The notes beneath the pieces were generated by a model. It was not told the DNA's origin. It saw nothing but the letters and a program-made list of their open reading frames with translations, and ran no database searches. Of a DNA stretch of 64,000 bases, positions 37,087-48,961 are shown piece by piece. The stretch spans positions 1,011 through 65,010 of the forward strand of contig NZ_JBHIWJ010000008.1 in the NCBI RefSeq assembly GCF_041987595.1, read 5' to 3'. The stretch is from Sphingobium sp. (GTDB lineage: Bacteria; Pseudomonadota; Alphaproteobacteria; Sphingomonadales; Sphingomonadaceae). The stretch's first letter is position 1; every line of letters starts with the position of its first letter. Both the position numbers and the translations under genes were made by a program.

Positions 37087-38163
37087 TCAGTCCCCGCCGC
37101 ACTGGGCGCGATGGAGAAGTTTCTGATCCGCCAGCACAAGCGCCATCATCGCTTCCACCACCGGCACGCCCCGAATCCCCACGCAGGGATCATGGCGCCC
37201 CTTGGTGATGATGTCCGCCGCTTCGCCCTGCCGGGTGATGGTATCGACCGGGATGAGGATCGAGCTGGTCGGCTTGAAGGCGATGCGGACCTTGACCGGC
37301 TGGCCGGTAGAGATCCCGCCCGCTATGCCGCCGGCATGATTGGCAAGAAAGACGGGCTTGCCGTCGGGGCCGGGCCGCATGGGATCGGCATTCTGCTCGC
37401 CGCGCAGACGGGCGGCGGCGAAGCCGTCGCCAATCTCCACGCCCTTGACCGCATTGATGCTCATCATCGCGGCAGCCAGTTCGCTGTCGAGCTTGGCATA
37501 AAGCGGCGCGCCCCACCCCGCCGGAACGCCGCTGGCCACGCATTCGACCACCGCGCCGAGCGAGGACCCGTCCAGCCTCGCATCGTCCACCAGTTTCTCC
37601 CAGCGCCTCGCGGCTTCCGGGTCAGGGCAGAAGAAGGGATTGTTGTCGATCTCGCCGGCGTCGAAGCGGGCATAGTCGATGGCGTCGCCGCCAATCTCGC
37701 TGACATAGGCGAAAATGTCGACGTCAGGGATCACCAGCCGCGCCACCGCGCCCGCCGCCACGCGCGAGGCGGTTTCGCGGGCAGAGGAGCGCCCGCCGCC
37801 GCGATAGTCGCGAAAGCCATATTTGGCGTCATAGGCATAGTCGGCATGGCCGGGACGATAGGCCTTGGCGACCTCGCCATAATCCTTGGAGCGCTGGTCG
37901 GTATTCTCGATCATCAGGCTGATCGGGGTGCCGGTGGTCCGCCCCTCGAACACGCCGGAAAGGATGCGCACCTCGTCCGGCTCGCGGCGCTGGGTCGTGA
38001 ATTTCGAGGTGCCGGGCTTGCGCTTGTCGAGGAAAGGCTGGATGTCGACTTCGCTGAGCGACAGGCCGGGAGGGCAGCCGTCCACGACCGCACCAATGGC
38101 GGGACCGTGGGACTCGCCCCAGGTCGAGAAGCGGAAGACGCGGCCGAAGGTGTTGAAGCTCAT
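37087..38163 (-). CDS. aroC: Chorismate synthase
   Basis: 358 aa from [24 protein letters not shown].... [23 protein letters not shown]. Confidence 0.93.
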   Translation of the reverse strand: MSFNTFGRVFRFSTWGESHGPAIGAVVDGCPPGLSLSEVDIQPFLDKRKPGTSKFTTQRREPDEVRILSGVFEGRTTGTPISLMIENTDQRSKDYGEVAKAYRPGHADYAYDAKYGFRDYRGGGRSSARETASRVAAGAVARLVIPDVDIFAYVSEIGGDAIDYARFDAGEIDNNPFFCPDPEAARRWEKLVDDARLDGSSLGAVVECVASGVPAGWGAPLYAKLDSELAAAMMSINAVKGVEIGDGFAAARLRGEQNADPMRPGPDGKPVFLANHAGGIAGGISTGQPVKVRIAFKPTSSILIPVDTITRQGEAADIITKGRHDPCVGIRGVPVVEAMMALVLADQKLLHRAQCGGD

Positions 38164-38233
38164 GCTTGCCTGTTCCTCGTGAGGGGGTGCCCTCACCCTC
38201 CCTCTCCCGCTTGCGGGAGAGGGGTTCTCAAAT

Positions 38234-39040
38234 TCACTTTTCGAGCGCGATGTCCGGGGCGTCTTCGGCCTTCATGCCGATGACATTGTAGCCCGCGTCG
38301 ACATGGTGGATTTCGCCGGTCACGCCCGCCGCCAGATCGGACAGCAGATAGAGACCAGCGCCGCCCACATCCTCGATCGTCACATTGCGGCGAAGCGGGC
38401 TGTTCAACTCGTTCCACTTCATGATGTAGCGGAAATCGCCGATGCCGCTGGCCGCCAGCGTCTTGATCGGGCCAGCCGAAATGGCGTTGACGCGGATATT
38501 TTCGGGACCCAGGTCCATCGCCAGATATTTGACGCTGGTTTCCAGCGCCGCCTTGGCCACGCCCATGACGTTATAATGGGGGATGACCTTTTCCGCGCCA
38601 TAATAGCTCAGCGTCAGCAGGCTGCCGCCCTCGCTCATCAGCTCGCGGGCGCGCTTGGCTACCGCAACGAAGCTGTAGGCGGAGATGTTCATCGTCAGCA
38701 GGAAATTTTCGAGGCTGGTGTCGACATATTTGCCGCGCAGCTCATTCTTGTCGGAAAAACCGATCGCGTGGACGACGAAGTCGAGCCTGCCCCACTTCGC
38801 CTTCAGTTCGTCGAAGGCGGCATCCAGCTTGTCCATGTCGGACACGTCGCAATCGATGAGCAGATCCGAACCCAGCTCGGCCGCCAACGGCTTCACGCGC
38901 TTGGCCAGCGCCTCCCCCTGATAGGAAAATGCCAGTTCCGCACCCTGCGCACGCAGGGCCTTCGAAATGCCCCAGGCCAGCGACTTGTCGTTCGCCAGAC
39001 CCATGATCAGACCGCGTTTACCCGCCATCAAGCCCGTCAT
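38234..39040 (-). CDS. fabI: Enoyl-ACP reductase (NADH) FabI
   Basis: 268 aa. [19 protein letters not shown], ...[23 protein letters not shown]... (Tyr/Lys catalytic region). Confidence 0.92.
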   Translation of the reverse strand: MTGLMAGKRGLIMGLANDKSLAWGISKALRAQGAELAFSYQGEALAKRVKPLAAELGSDLLIDCDVSDMDKLDAAFDELKAKWGRLDFVVHAIGFSDKNELRGKYVDTSLENFLLTMNISAYSFVAVAKRARELMSEGGSLLTLSYYGAEKVIPHYNVMGVAKAALETSVKYLAMDLGPENIRVNAISAGPIKTLAASGIGDFRYIMKWNELNSPLRRNVTIEDVGGAGLYLLSDLAAGVTGEIHHVDAGYNVIGMKAEDAPDIALEK

Positions 39041-40008
39041 TATGTCGTCCCATTCCCTTTGTCGGCCTGCGCGGCAGCTTCAGCTTCCTCTTCCGGGAAC
39101 TCCGCCAGCGCCGCATTCAATTCCGCGCCAATTACCACGCCAAGCCCGACTAGGAAGAAAAAAATGAGCGTAATCATCACACCTGCCAGACTGCCATAGG
39201 TCCGGTCATAGCCGCCAAGCAGGGAAAGCGTGAGCGGCAGCAGCACGGTGACGCCATACCACCATAGCGTCGTGGCGATCGCGCCGGGCCATTTCGGGAA
39301 GCGCGGGTCCTTGTAGAGGCTGGGCGTCAGCGAGACGTAGAGATAGTAAAGCGCCACGCCCAATATCATCATGGGCACCAGCTTGGTGAGGCTGACGATC
39401 TGGATCGCGTCATCGGCAAAGGGCAGGATCTGATGAAGAAACTGGTCGATGCCGGTGATGACCACCTGCAGGGAAAAGGCGAACATCACCGCGAACACGC
39501 TGACCAGGGTGATGCCGATGGCGGTCAGCCGATAATGCCAGAAAGGGCGCGTGCTCCTGGTGCCATAAGCGCGGCGCAGGATGTCCCGGATCGTCTCGAT
39601 GAGGCTGCCGACGGTCCATAGCCCCACCAGACCGCCCAGCCAGAGCAGCGGACCCGTGCGTGCGTGGAGAACGTCCGCGATGGGTTGTCTCACGACATCG
39701 GCGACGCCGCGCGGGACAGTGTCCAGAAAGGCGTTGACCGCCGCCAGCCCATCCTGCGACCGGCCGAAGATGCTCGCCACAGCCGCTGCCACGATGAAGA
39801 AGGGAAACAGCGTCATCAGCGAAAGATAGGCAAGGTTCCCCGCATGAATGAAGCCGTCGCTATAGGTGCCGACGGCCACGCGCTTCATGATTTCAAAGGC
39901 ATGGCTGCCGGGCCGCACGCGGTCGAGGTGACGGTTGAAATGGGCGCGGGCCTCTTGCGCGACGTGCTTGCGACGGGATTCGGGCGACAGGGGGGATGGT
40001 TGCGGCAT
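39040..40008 (-). CDS. YihY/BrkB family inner-membrane protein
   Basis: 322 aa, polytopic. ...AGNLAYLSLMTLFPFFIV... and ...YGSLAGVMITLIFFFLVGLGVVIGAELNA... are typical YihY motifs. Confidence 0.8.
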   Translation of the reverse strand: MPQPSPLSPESRRKHVAQEARAHFNRHLDRVRPGSHAFEIMKRVAVGTYSDGFIHAGNLAYLSLMTLFPFFIVAAAVASIFGRSQDGLAAVNAFLDTVPRGVADVVRQPIADVLHARTGPLLWLGGLVGLWTVGSLIETIRDILRRAYGTRSTRPFWHYRLTAIGITLVSVFAVMFAFSLQVVITGIDQFLHQILPFADDAIQIVSLTKLVPMMILGVALYYLYVSLTPSLYKDPRFPKWPGAIATTLWWYGVTVLLPLTLSLLGGYDRTYGSLAGVMITLIFFFLVGLGVVIGAELNAALAEFPEEEAEAAAQADKGNGTT

Positions 40009-40022
40009 CCCCCCCTAACCCC

Positions 40023-40958
40023 TCAAACGCCCAGATGGGTCCGCACGGCACGGCTGTCCTGCCAGCCATCGACCAGCGCCCTGATCGCCGGATCGTCAGC
40101 CGGAACGTCGATCAGCAGAGTGACGAGCTGGTCGCCGCGCTGCCCCCCCTTGCCATGAAAACCCCTGCCGCGCAGGCGCAGCGTCTTGCCGGAGGTCGCA
40201 CCGGCAGGCACGCCCAGCATCACCGGCCCGTCGACGGTCGGCACCTTCACCTTCGCGCCCTTCACCGCTTCGTCGAGGGTGATCGGCAGGTCCAGCAGCA
40301 CATTGTCGCCGTCGCGGGTGAAAAAAGGGTGCGGCTTGATTTCGATCGTGACGATGGCGTCGCCCGCGCCGGCGGGACCGGGCTGCCCCTTGCCGGAAAG
40401 CCGCATCTGCGTGCCGGTCTCGACGCCCGCGGACAGCTTGAGATCGATGGTCTTGCCGTCCTGCAAGGTGATCCGCTGCGGCGCAAGCGTCGCCGCGTCG
40501 ACGAACTGGACCGCGAGGCGATAGGAGACATTGGCACCCTTTTGCGGTGGGGCGCCGCGGCCGAAACCGCCAAAGCCGCCGCCCCCGCTTCCCCGGCGAC
40601 CACCACCGAACAGACCTTCGAAAATATCGCCGAAGTCCGCGCCGCCTTCGCTGAACTCAAAGCCGCCGCCCTGTCCCGGATGACCGCGAAAGCCGCCGCC
40701 CCCACCGCCACCGAAACCGAAAGGCGCGGTCGGATTGCCATCGCCGTCGATCTCGCCCCGGTCGAAGCGGGCGCGCTTGTCCTTGTCCGACAGCAGGTCA
40801 TAGGCACTGGTGACGGCGGAGAATTTCTCGGCCGCCTTGGGATTGTCCTTGTTCCTGTCGGGATGCAGCTCCTTGGCGAGCTTCCGATAGGCGGACTTGA
40901 TCTCTGCCTCGCTCGCGCCGCGCGCGACGCCCAAAGTGGAGTAGGGATCAGCAGCCAT
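40023..40958 (-). CDS. cbpA: J-domain co-chaperone, CbpA-like (no zinc-finger domain)
   Basis: 311 aa. DPYSTLGV....A...IK.AYRKLAKELHPDRN (HPD), Gly-rich linker, DnaJ C-terminal domains, no CxxCxGxG repeats. Confidence 0.75.
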   Translation of the reverse strand: MAADPYSTLGVARGASEAEIKSAYRKLAKELHPDRNKDNPKAAEKFSAVTSAYDLLSDKDKRARFDRGEIDGDGNPTAPFGFGGGGGGGFRGHPGQGGGFEFSEGGADFGDIFEGLFGGGRRGSGGGGFGGFGRGAPPQKGANVSYRLAVQFVDAATLAPQRITLQDGKTIDLKLSAGVETGTQMRLSGKGQPGPAGAGDAIVTIEIKPHPFFTRDGDNVLLDLPITLDEAVKGAKVKVPTVDGPVMLGVPAGATSGKTLRLRGRGFHGKGGQRGDQLVTLLIDVPADDPAIRALVDGWQDSRAVRTHLGV

Positions 40959-41085
40959 TGCCCGTCATGCATCCTTCTGGAGAAACAAATGAGATAGATT
41001 GGTTCTATTTGGCGAAACACGACCAATCCTTCAAGTCGGGGACGCCCATATCGACATGCATCGCCCACGCGCCTAAATCAGCGCC

Positions 41086-41664
41086 ATGACCACCGATCCC
41101 TTCACCCTGTTCGACGACTGGTACACGCAGGCGCGCGAAACCGAAATCAATGACAGCAATGCCATGGCCCTTGCCACCGCCGATGCGCGGGGACGACCCT
41201 CGCTGCGGATGGTGCTGCTGAAGGGGCATGGGCCGGACGGCTTCATTTTCTACACCAATTTCGAAGGACGCAAGGCGGGCGAGCTGCTGGAAAATCCCCA
41301 TGCGGCGCTGCTTTTCCATTGGAAGTCGCTGCGGCGGCAGGTCCGGATCGAGGGGCCTGTTGGCGCGGTAGACGACGCCACGGCCGACGCCTATTTCGCG
41401 ACGCGCAGCCGCGACAGCCAATTGGGCGCCTGGGCGTCGGACCAGTCGCGGCCGCTGGAATCGCGCGACGTGTTCATGGCCCGCTATGAGGAGGTCAGCC
41501 TGCGGTTCGAGGGCGGTCCTGTGCCGCGCCCGCCGCACTGGTCGGGCTTTCGCGTGGACCCGCAACGGATCGAATTCTGGCAGGACCGCGAGCACCGGCT
41601 GCATGAACGGCGCCTGTTCGAACGGATCGAAACAGGATGGCGCGAGGGGTTGCTTTACCCCTGA
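41086..41664 (+). CDS. pdxH: Pyridoxamine 5'-phosphate oxidase
   Basis: 192 aa. ...RMVLLKG...GF.FYTN..., ...RQVRIEG..., ...FWQDREHRLHERRLF.... Confidence 0.92.
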   Translation: MTTDPFTLFDDWYTQARETEINDSNAMALATADARGRPSLRMVLLKGHGPDGFIFYTNFEGRKAGELLENPHAALLFHWKSLRRQVRIEGPVGAVDDATADAYFATRSRDSQLGAWASDQSRPLESRDVFMARYEEVSLRFEGGPVPRPPHWSGFRVDPQRIEFWQDREHRLHERRLFERIETGWREGLLYP

Positions 41665-41832
41665 TCCATTACGGTTCCTTTTGAGGGCGCGGACTATTTT
41701 TCTTCATTCGTTTAAGCCGGTGACAGCCTGACGCGCTGCGATTGCGGGGGCTTCGGGTGCCTGTTAGGTGTAACCGCCATACGGGACCAGAACAGCTATG
41801 CGGCGCGTTCGCGAGCCGGTTAAAGGAACAAG

Positions 41833-43164
41833 ATGCGAAATCGACTGACGGCGTTCATCCTGACGGGCATGGTTCTGGGGGTGGTCGTGGGCTTCGCCAC
41901 CAATCTGTGGTTTGGCGGCGACAAGGCGCTGGCCAAGGATGTAGCGGGCTATTACCATCTGCTGGCCGACATCTTCCTCCACCTCATCAAGATGATCATC
42001 GCGCCGCTGGTTTTTTCCACGCTGGTCGCCGGCATTGCCCATATGGGCGACAGCGCGGCGCTGGGGCGGATCGGGGGGCGGGCGCTGGCCTGGTTCATCA
42101 TCGCCAGCCTGATATCCCTGACTCTTGGGCTGATCTTCGTCAATTTCTTCGCGCCCGGCGAAGGACTGAACCTCGTACGTTCAGGCGCGGATGCGGGCGT
42201 GAGCACCGAGGCGCTGAATTTCCGCGACTTCATCCTGCACGTCTTCCCGACTTCCATGATCGGGGCGATGGCGGAAAATTCGATCCTTCAGATTGTGGTC
42301 TTTTCCCTGTTCATCGGCGTCGCGCTGACCGCCATCGGAGAGAAGGGCAAGCCGATCGTCACGGTGGTCGAGGCGATGGTCGAGCTGATGCTGCAAGTGA
42401 CTGGTTATGTCATGCGCGTAGCGCCGCTTGCGGTGTTCGGCGCGCTGGCTTCGGTGGTGACGACAGAGGGGCTGGGCGTGCTCAGGACCTTTGGCGAACT
42501 GGTGGGCGAATTCTATCTGTCGCTGATCGCACTCTGGCTGCTGCTGTTCGGAGCAGGGTCGATCTTCCTTGGGCGTCGCATGCTGAAGCTCATCCGCTAT
42601 GTGCGCGAACCGATCCTGATCGCCTTCTCCACCGCTTCGTCGGAGGCGGCCTATCCCAAAATGCTGGAGCAACTCGACCGCTTCGGCGTGCCGCGGCGGA
42701 TCTACAGCTTCGTGCTGCCGCTGGGCTACAGCTTCAATCTCGACGGGTCGATGATGTATTCGACCTTCGCGACGATCTTCATTGCGCAGGCCTATGGCAT
42801 CGACCTGCCGATCGCCACGCAGATCACCATTCTCCTCGTGCTGATGGTGACCAGCAAGGGCATCGCCGCCGTGCCGCGGGCGTCGCTGGTGGTGGTCGCC
42901 GCGACGCTGGGCCAGTTCGACCTGCCGGTGGAGGGTGTGGCCTTCATCCTCGCCGTCGATCATTTCATGGACATGGGCCGCACCGCTACCAACGTTCTGG
43001 GCAATGCCATCGCCACCTCCGTCATCACCAAATGGGAAGGCATGCTGGAAGTCGAGGAACCCGAATATGTCCCTCACCCCAAGGCGCCCGCAAACACGCC
43101 CGCCCATGGCCGCGCCGGGCTGGAGCTGGCGTCGGACATGGTGGATGATGAACGGCGGGGCTAG
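41833..43164 (+). CDS. dctA: C4-dicarboxylate/cation symporter (DAACS family)
   Basis: 443 aa. ...IKMIIAPLVF..., ...SSEAAYPKML..., ...LDGSMMY..., ...VDHFMDMGRTATNVLGN.... Confidence 0.85.
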   Translation: MRNRLTAFILTGMVLGVVVGFATNLWFGGDKALAKDVAGYYHLLADIFLHLIKMIIAPLVFSTLVAGIAHMGDSAALGRIGGRALAWFIIASLISLTLGLIFVNFFAPGEGLNLVRSGADAGVSTEALNFRDFILHVFPTSMIGAMAENSILQIVVFSLFIGVALTAIGEKGKPIVTVVEAMVELMLQVTGYVMRVAPLAVFGALASVVTTEGLGVLRTFGELVGEFYLSLIALWLLLFGAGSIFLGRRMLKLIRYVREPILIAFSTASSEAAYPKMLEQLDRFGVPRRIYSFVLPLGYSFNLDGSMMYSTFATIFIAQAYGIDLPIATQITILLVLMVTSKGIAAVPRASLVVVAATLGQFDLPVEGVAFILAVDHFMDMGRTATNVLGNAIATSVITKWEGMLEVEEPEYVPHPKAPANTPAHGRAGLELASDMVDDERRG

Positions 43165-43325
43165 TGCGGGTTTCGATCCGACGAAATCGGATCGCCGCTC
43201 CGCATTCTTTGTTTTCCGCGATTTTTCGACCAGCGACCGGTTCCGGTCGCTGGCAAAAGGCTCCAGACGGGTTTCAAGTCAGATGGACACATCTGACGGC
43301 TCGGAAATCTCGGCAAAAAAGCGCC

Positions 43326-44210
43326 TTACCAGAGGATGCCCTTGACCGGCTGAGCCGGCGGAGGCGCCTCATCGCCGATGGATTGCAGCAGGTCGATCTC
43401 GATGGTCCGGCATAGCGCCGCCAGCGGGACATCATGCACCGTATTGGCGAAGGGATCGACCAGATCGTCCCCGATCCGGAGAACGGCAAGGAACATCAAC
43501 CCTGCCACCGTCGAACCGAGCGGCGTCGCAAGGCCCAGCGTCTCCACCAGTCCGATCGGAAGCAGCACGCAGAAAAGATGCGTGAAGAAGGTCGGCAGGA
43601 AGCGATATTGGATCGGCAGCGGCGTGTTCTTGAGCCGTTCCATCCCGCCCTGCGCATTGGCGATATCGACCAGCACGCGCTCCATCTGGGCCTGCTGAAC
43701 GGTGTCGAGCCAGCCCTCCCGCCGGGCGAGGTCTATCCGCCGTCCGGTGCTGTCGAGAAGGCCATTGGCGGGATTGGTCCGGGCAAGGGCGAGGCCCTGA
43801 TCCCGCTCCTCAAGGAAGGCCGTCACTGTCTCATCAATCGGCTGGCGGCGCAGCTGCAGGCGCAGAGCGTTCACATAGGCGATCTGGCGCATGATGATCT
43901 CGCGCTTGAGATTCCTGGCCTGCGGGTCGGGCAGGAAATTGCGGACGGCGCGGGCCAGGCTGCGTGAGGCGTTGATCATCGCACCCCAGAGGATGCGCCC
44001 CTCCCACCAGCGCTGATAGGAGGAATTGCTGCGAAAGCCGAGGAACAGCGCCAGCGCCGACCCGAAGATGGTGAGCGGCAGCGAGGGCGCCTCGAATGGC
44101 AGGAGATAATAGCCCGCCGTGACCGCGCAGTCCCAGATGAAGAGCAAAGCCAGCGGCCTCCACACTTCGCTGGCCAGCGTGCGCATATTGGGTACGGCTT
44201 TGACGATCAT
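43326..44210 (-). CDS. Bestrophin-family (UPF0187/YneE) anion channel
   Basis: 294 aa. ...FRSNSSYQRWWEGR..., ...GDDLVDPF....HDVPL... are typical bacterial bestrophin motifs. Confidence 0.8.
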   Translation of the reverse strand: MIVKAVPNMRTLASEVWRPLALLFIWDCAVTAGYYLLPFEAPSLPLTIFGSALALFLGFRSNSSYQRWWEGRILWGAMINASRSLARAVRNFLPDPQARNLKREIIMRQIAYVNALRLQLRRQPIDETVTAFLEERDQGLALARTNPANGLLDSTGRRIDLARREGWLDTVQQAQMERVLVDIANAQGGMERLKNTPLPIQYRFLPTFFTHLFCVLLPIGLVETLGLATPLGSTVAGLMFLAVLRIGDDLVDPFANTVHDVPLAALCRTIEIDLLQSIGDEAPPPAQPVKGILW

Positions 44211-44371
44211 GCGGTTCTCCGGAGATGGACGGCGTTAACGCGCCCGTCACGGCAATATGTCCGGTGCGCCATGAAAAATCATCGGCAGCGTAATGAAATT
44301 GCGCCATGATGGCCCAGCGGCAACCTTCGTCGACGATCGAAGGTTGGAAAGGCCATGGAAGGCGAGCAGCC

Positions 44372-45673
44372 ATGACGAACGATGCCCCACCGTCCGGAAC
44401 CGCGACGCTGTCCCTGCAATGGCAGATGCTGGCCGGTTTTGCCATCGGTCTGACCCTCGGACTTGCGGTTTATGTGGCGGCGCCGGACGCGCATTGGGTC
44501 GATATCGTGACGGGCTATGTCACCGGGCCGATCGGGCAGGTTTTCCTGCGGCTGCTGTTCATGCTGGTGATTCCGTTGCTGGTGTCCGCGCTGATCGTCG
44601 GCGTGGCGGAGATGGGCGAGATGCGCTCGCTGCGGCGGGTGGGTCTGCGGACGCTCGCCTACACGCTGGTCGTTTCAGGCATCGCCGTGGCCATCAGCCT
44701 GGTTGTGGTGAACCTGCTGAAACCCGGCGCCGGCGTCGATCCGACGCAGGCGCAGGCGATGCTCGACAATGCCGGGCAAGGCGCGCAGGCGATATTGGCG
44801 CGCGGCGGCGAGACGCCCAAGGGGCTGGACGCGCTGCTTGCCATCGTGCCGGACAATATCGTCAAGGCCATGGCAGCGAACGATATATTGGCGGTGATGA
44901 TGTTCGCCCTGTTCTTCGGCATTGGGCTGGTGCTGGTCCGGACCGAGCAGACGAAATTGCTGTTCTCCGCCATGGAGGAGCTTTTCGAGGTGACGATGCG
45001 GCTGATGGGGCTGGTCATCCGTCTGGCCCCGCTTGCCATCGCCTGTTTCATGTTCAATCTGGCGGCGCAGTTCGGCTGGGAGTTGCTGGTGCGGCTTTCC
45101 GCCTATGTAGGGGTGGTGCTGCTGGCGCTGGGCCTGCAACTGTTCGGGGTCTATTCGCTTCTGATCGGGCTGGTGGCGCGGCGCTCGCCCCTGCGTTTCT
45201 TCGGATCGGTGCAGGAGGCTGCCATGATGGCCTTCGCCACCGCCTCCTCCAACGCCACCCTGCCGACCGCGATTCGGGTGGCGGAGGAAAAACTGCACCT
45301 TCCCCGGCGGATCGCCCGCTTCGTGCTGACCATTGGAGCCACCGCCAACCAGAATGGCACGGCAATGTTCGAGGGGATCACCGTCATATTCCTCGCCCAG
45401 TTTTTCGGAATCGACCTCAGCCTGACGCAACAGTTGATGGTGATGCTGGTCTGCATTCTGGGCGGCGTCGGAACAGCAGGCGTGCCTGCGGGGTCGCTGC
45501 CGGTGGTGGCGATGATCCTCGGCATGGTCGGCGTGCCGCCGGAGGGGATCGGGCTGGTGCTGGGGGTCGACCGCTTCCTCGACATGTGCCGCACGACGCT
45601 GAACGTGACGGGCGATCTGGTGGCGGCTACGGTGATCGCCGCTGGCGAGGCGGACGGGAGGCAGGCGGCTTGA
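44372..45673 (+). CDS. Dicarboxylate/amino acid:cation symporter (DAACS family, second paralogue)
   Basis: 433 aa from MTNDAPPS.... ...FLRLLFMLVIPLL..., ...ASSNATLPT..., ...NQNGTAMFEG..., ...VDRFLDMCRTTLNVTGD.... Confidence 0.85.
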   Translation: MTNDAPPSGTATLSLQWQMLAGFAIGLTLGLAVYVAAPDAHWVDIVTGYVTGPIGQVFLRLLFMLVIPLLVSALIVGVAEMGEMRSLRRVGLRTLAYTLVVSGIAVAISLVVVNLLKPGAGVDPTQAQAMLDNAGQGAQAILARGGETPKGLDALLAIVPDNIVKAMAANDILAVMMFALFFGIGLVLVRTEQTKLLFSAMEELFEVTMRLMGLVIRLAPLAIACFMFNLAAQFGWELLVRLSAYVGVVLLALGLQLFGVYSLLIGLVARRSPLRFFGSVQEAAMMAFATASSNATLPTAIRVAEEKLHLPRRIARFVLTIGATANQNGTAMFEGITVIFLAQFFGIDLSLTQQLMVMLVCILGGVGTAGVPAGSLPVVAMILGMVGVPPEGIGLVLGVDRFLDMCRTTLNVTGDLVAATVIAAGEADGRQAA

Positions 45674-46287
45674 AACAGGGGGTGCGGCGGGTCGGGGCGG
45701 GCATCATCGCCGCGACGGCGACGGCGGGACTGATGATCCAGTTCCGGGCGACCTTCGGGCAGACCGGAACGGTGGGCGAGACGCTGTGGGTCCTGCTGCG
45801 CTATTTTACGGTGCTGACCAATGTTGCGGTGGCGGTGATCTTTGGCGGGATCGCGCTGGGCGCAAGGGTGACGGCGCGGCGGATTGGCGGGGTGACGTTG
45901 GCGATCCTTCTGGTGGGCGTGATTTACGGGCTGTTGCTGCGCGGGCTGCTGGATCTCAGCGGCGGCGCCCTGCTCGCCGATATGCTGCTGCACAAGGCCG
46001 TCCCGGTGCTGGCGGCGCTATGGTGGATCGCCTGCGCGCCCAAGGGCAGGCTGCGGCGGCGCGATCCGCTCTGGTGGGCAGTGTTTCCGGTGACTTATCT
46101 GCCCTATGCGCTGCTGCGTGGGGCCATGGAGGAGAAATATGCCTATCCCTTCATCAATGTCGTCAGGCTGGGGATCGGGCAGGTTCTGCTGAATGCGATG
46201 CTGATCGCGGCGGGCTTTCTTATCGCAGGCGCTGCGCTGGTATGGCTGGACGGGCGGCTGGGCAACCATGGGGCGCGTCGCGCGTGA
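45670..46287 (+). CDS. Pr6Pr (FAR-17a/AIG1-like) family membrane protein, probable TTG or GTG start
   Basis: About 205 aa. ...LRYFTVLTNVAVAV..., ...LLHKAVPVL..., ...YPFINV.... There is no in-frame ATG before the first TM. TTG at 45670 overlaps the upstream stop, and GTG at 45682 is an alternative. Confidence 0.65.
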   Translation: MKQGVRRVGAGIIAATATAGLMIQFRATFGQTGTVGETLWVLLRYFTVLTNVAVAVIFGGIALGARVTARRIGGVTLAILLVGVIYGLLLRGLLDLSGGALLADMLLHKAVPVLAALWWIACAPKGRLRRRDPLWWAVFPVTYLPYALLRGAMEEKYAYPFINVVRLGIGQVLLNAMLIAAGFLIAGAALVWLDGRLGNHGARRA

Positions 46288-46620
46288 AGGCTTCCGACGA
46301 TGAATGGCGGATTTGCGTCGAAGTTCACAGTGTATGCGCGCGCGTGCCCGGGCGCGCGTAGGCAGCGCGTGTCATGTGCCGGACATTTCAAAGACGGCAA
46401 GGGGGATAGGCCGGGCGGCGGGAAATAGGACAGGCCGGATTATGCCCTGTCGGGAAAATAGGATGTTTTTCGGGGATATTGTGTCCGATGGGTCACGCAT
46501 CATTCCCGGCGGCCGTCAGGGCGGCTGGAATAACGGACGGTCTGGAAGCGACCAGAAATTGCCGTTCAGATCGGGCCTTCTTCTGCCTGCTAGCAGACTT
46601 TCAGCAATGGGAAGTCATAG

Positions 46621-46983
46621 CTATCGGGATAGCCATAAGCCGTAGTATTCGGCTTTATCATAAGTTTTCGCGTTGAAGCCGGGATTTGCAGCTTCATAGT
46701 CTGCGCGTGTTTTCTCGTATGTCCCGTCACGCCGATGCCAAGCATCGCCAACGTCATATGCGCCGTTCAGCAGTTTGCCTACACGGCTCTGCCAATCTCG
46801 AACGACTTCAGGATCGTGGTCCCGATCGAGAACTGTGAGCGGGATGGCATCGAGATGGGCACGCCTTTCACGCTGATTGTAGTAAATAATGGTAAAAACC
46901 GCGTCTGGAAGTGGAAGGGCTAGGGCGCGCTCCAAAATGCGCGCCTGTTCACCCTCGTAGATATGATTGATGCCGTCTTCCAC
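46621..46983 (-). CDS. Hypothetical protein in a low-GC islet
   Basis: 120-aa ORF in AT-richer DNA. No motif recognised. Confidence 0.45.
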   Translation of the reverse strand: MEDGINHIYEGEQARILERALALPLPDAVFTIIYYNQRERRAHLDAIPLTVLDRDHDPEVVRDWQSRVGKLLNGAYDVGDAWHRRDGTYEKTRADYEAANPGFNAKTYDKAEYYGLWLSR

Positions 46984-47254
46984 GTTTCACTCCGACTTGT
47001 CCGTCCGTCATATATGCAGTTCGTTACCGGGCCACTCCCTTCCGGTCGTTAGCCGTCGGCATTGCCCATGCTTTGTAAGAAGTAGGTATCGAAGTATGAT
47101 GCCCCAAAGCAGTCGTTCGCCTAACCACCCCAATCAGCCGTTCGCGCCGATATATGTCAGCTCGTCTGTCCCGGTGGAAAACCGGAGGAGAAGGGGACAT
47201 GTGCGCTCGTGCCGCTGCCGCGCCGCGGGCGCATGGCGGTGGGCCTCAGGCGGT

Positions 47255-47437
47255 TCAGCGCAGCTTGGCGATGGAAAGCCCGTCCTGCTTGGCGCGGGCC
47301 TTCACCGATTCCTCGCTGCGGGTCAGGGCCTTGGCGATCGCCTTCAATGCCATGCCCTTCTTCGCCAGCGCGTGGAGCTTTTGCAGCTCATCCGCCGTCC
47401 AGGGTTGCTTGTGGCGCTCGAAGCGTTCGCCGGCCAT
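47255..47437 (-). CDS. Small SANT/Myb-like (GcrA-N-terminal-like) HTH protein
   Basis: 60 aa from MAGERFERHKQPWTADELQKLHALAKKGMALKAIAKALTRSEESV.... AAGGAAG RBS upstream. Confidence 0.55.
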   Translation of the reverse strand: MAGERFERHKQPWTADELQKLHALAKKGMALKAIAKALTRSEESVKARAKQDGLSIAKLR

Positions 47438-47526
47438 GGGAGTCTTCCTTTGTTGGGGACCGCACCGGCCCACTTTCCCGTGGGCCGGTGCCGATGGGTT
47501 TCAGCTTGGCGGAAACCCGGAAACCC

Positions 47527-48816
<1,290 letters not shown>

Positions 48817-48961
48817 GGATACAGTCCTCCGCCCGCCGCGCGGACCGGCCATGCCCTTCGACGGGACTCGGCATGCCGGTGGGATCAATTGGGCATGTCG
48901 CCCTGTTGCGGGGCGCGCGTTAGCCGCGCTGCCCCAATGAAGTCAAGCCCAACCCGTCAAG

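Noticed and set aside
38179-38222. Two adjacent GC-rich hairpins (GTGAGGG-ggtg-CCCTCAC and CCTCTCCCGC-tt-GCGGGAGAGG) between fabI and aroC.
   Set aside because: They probably form a REP-like or terminator structure downstream of fabI. There is no U-tract and no second copy in the window, so it is noted only as ordinary intergenic structure.
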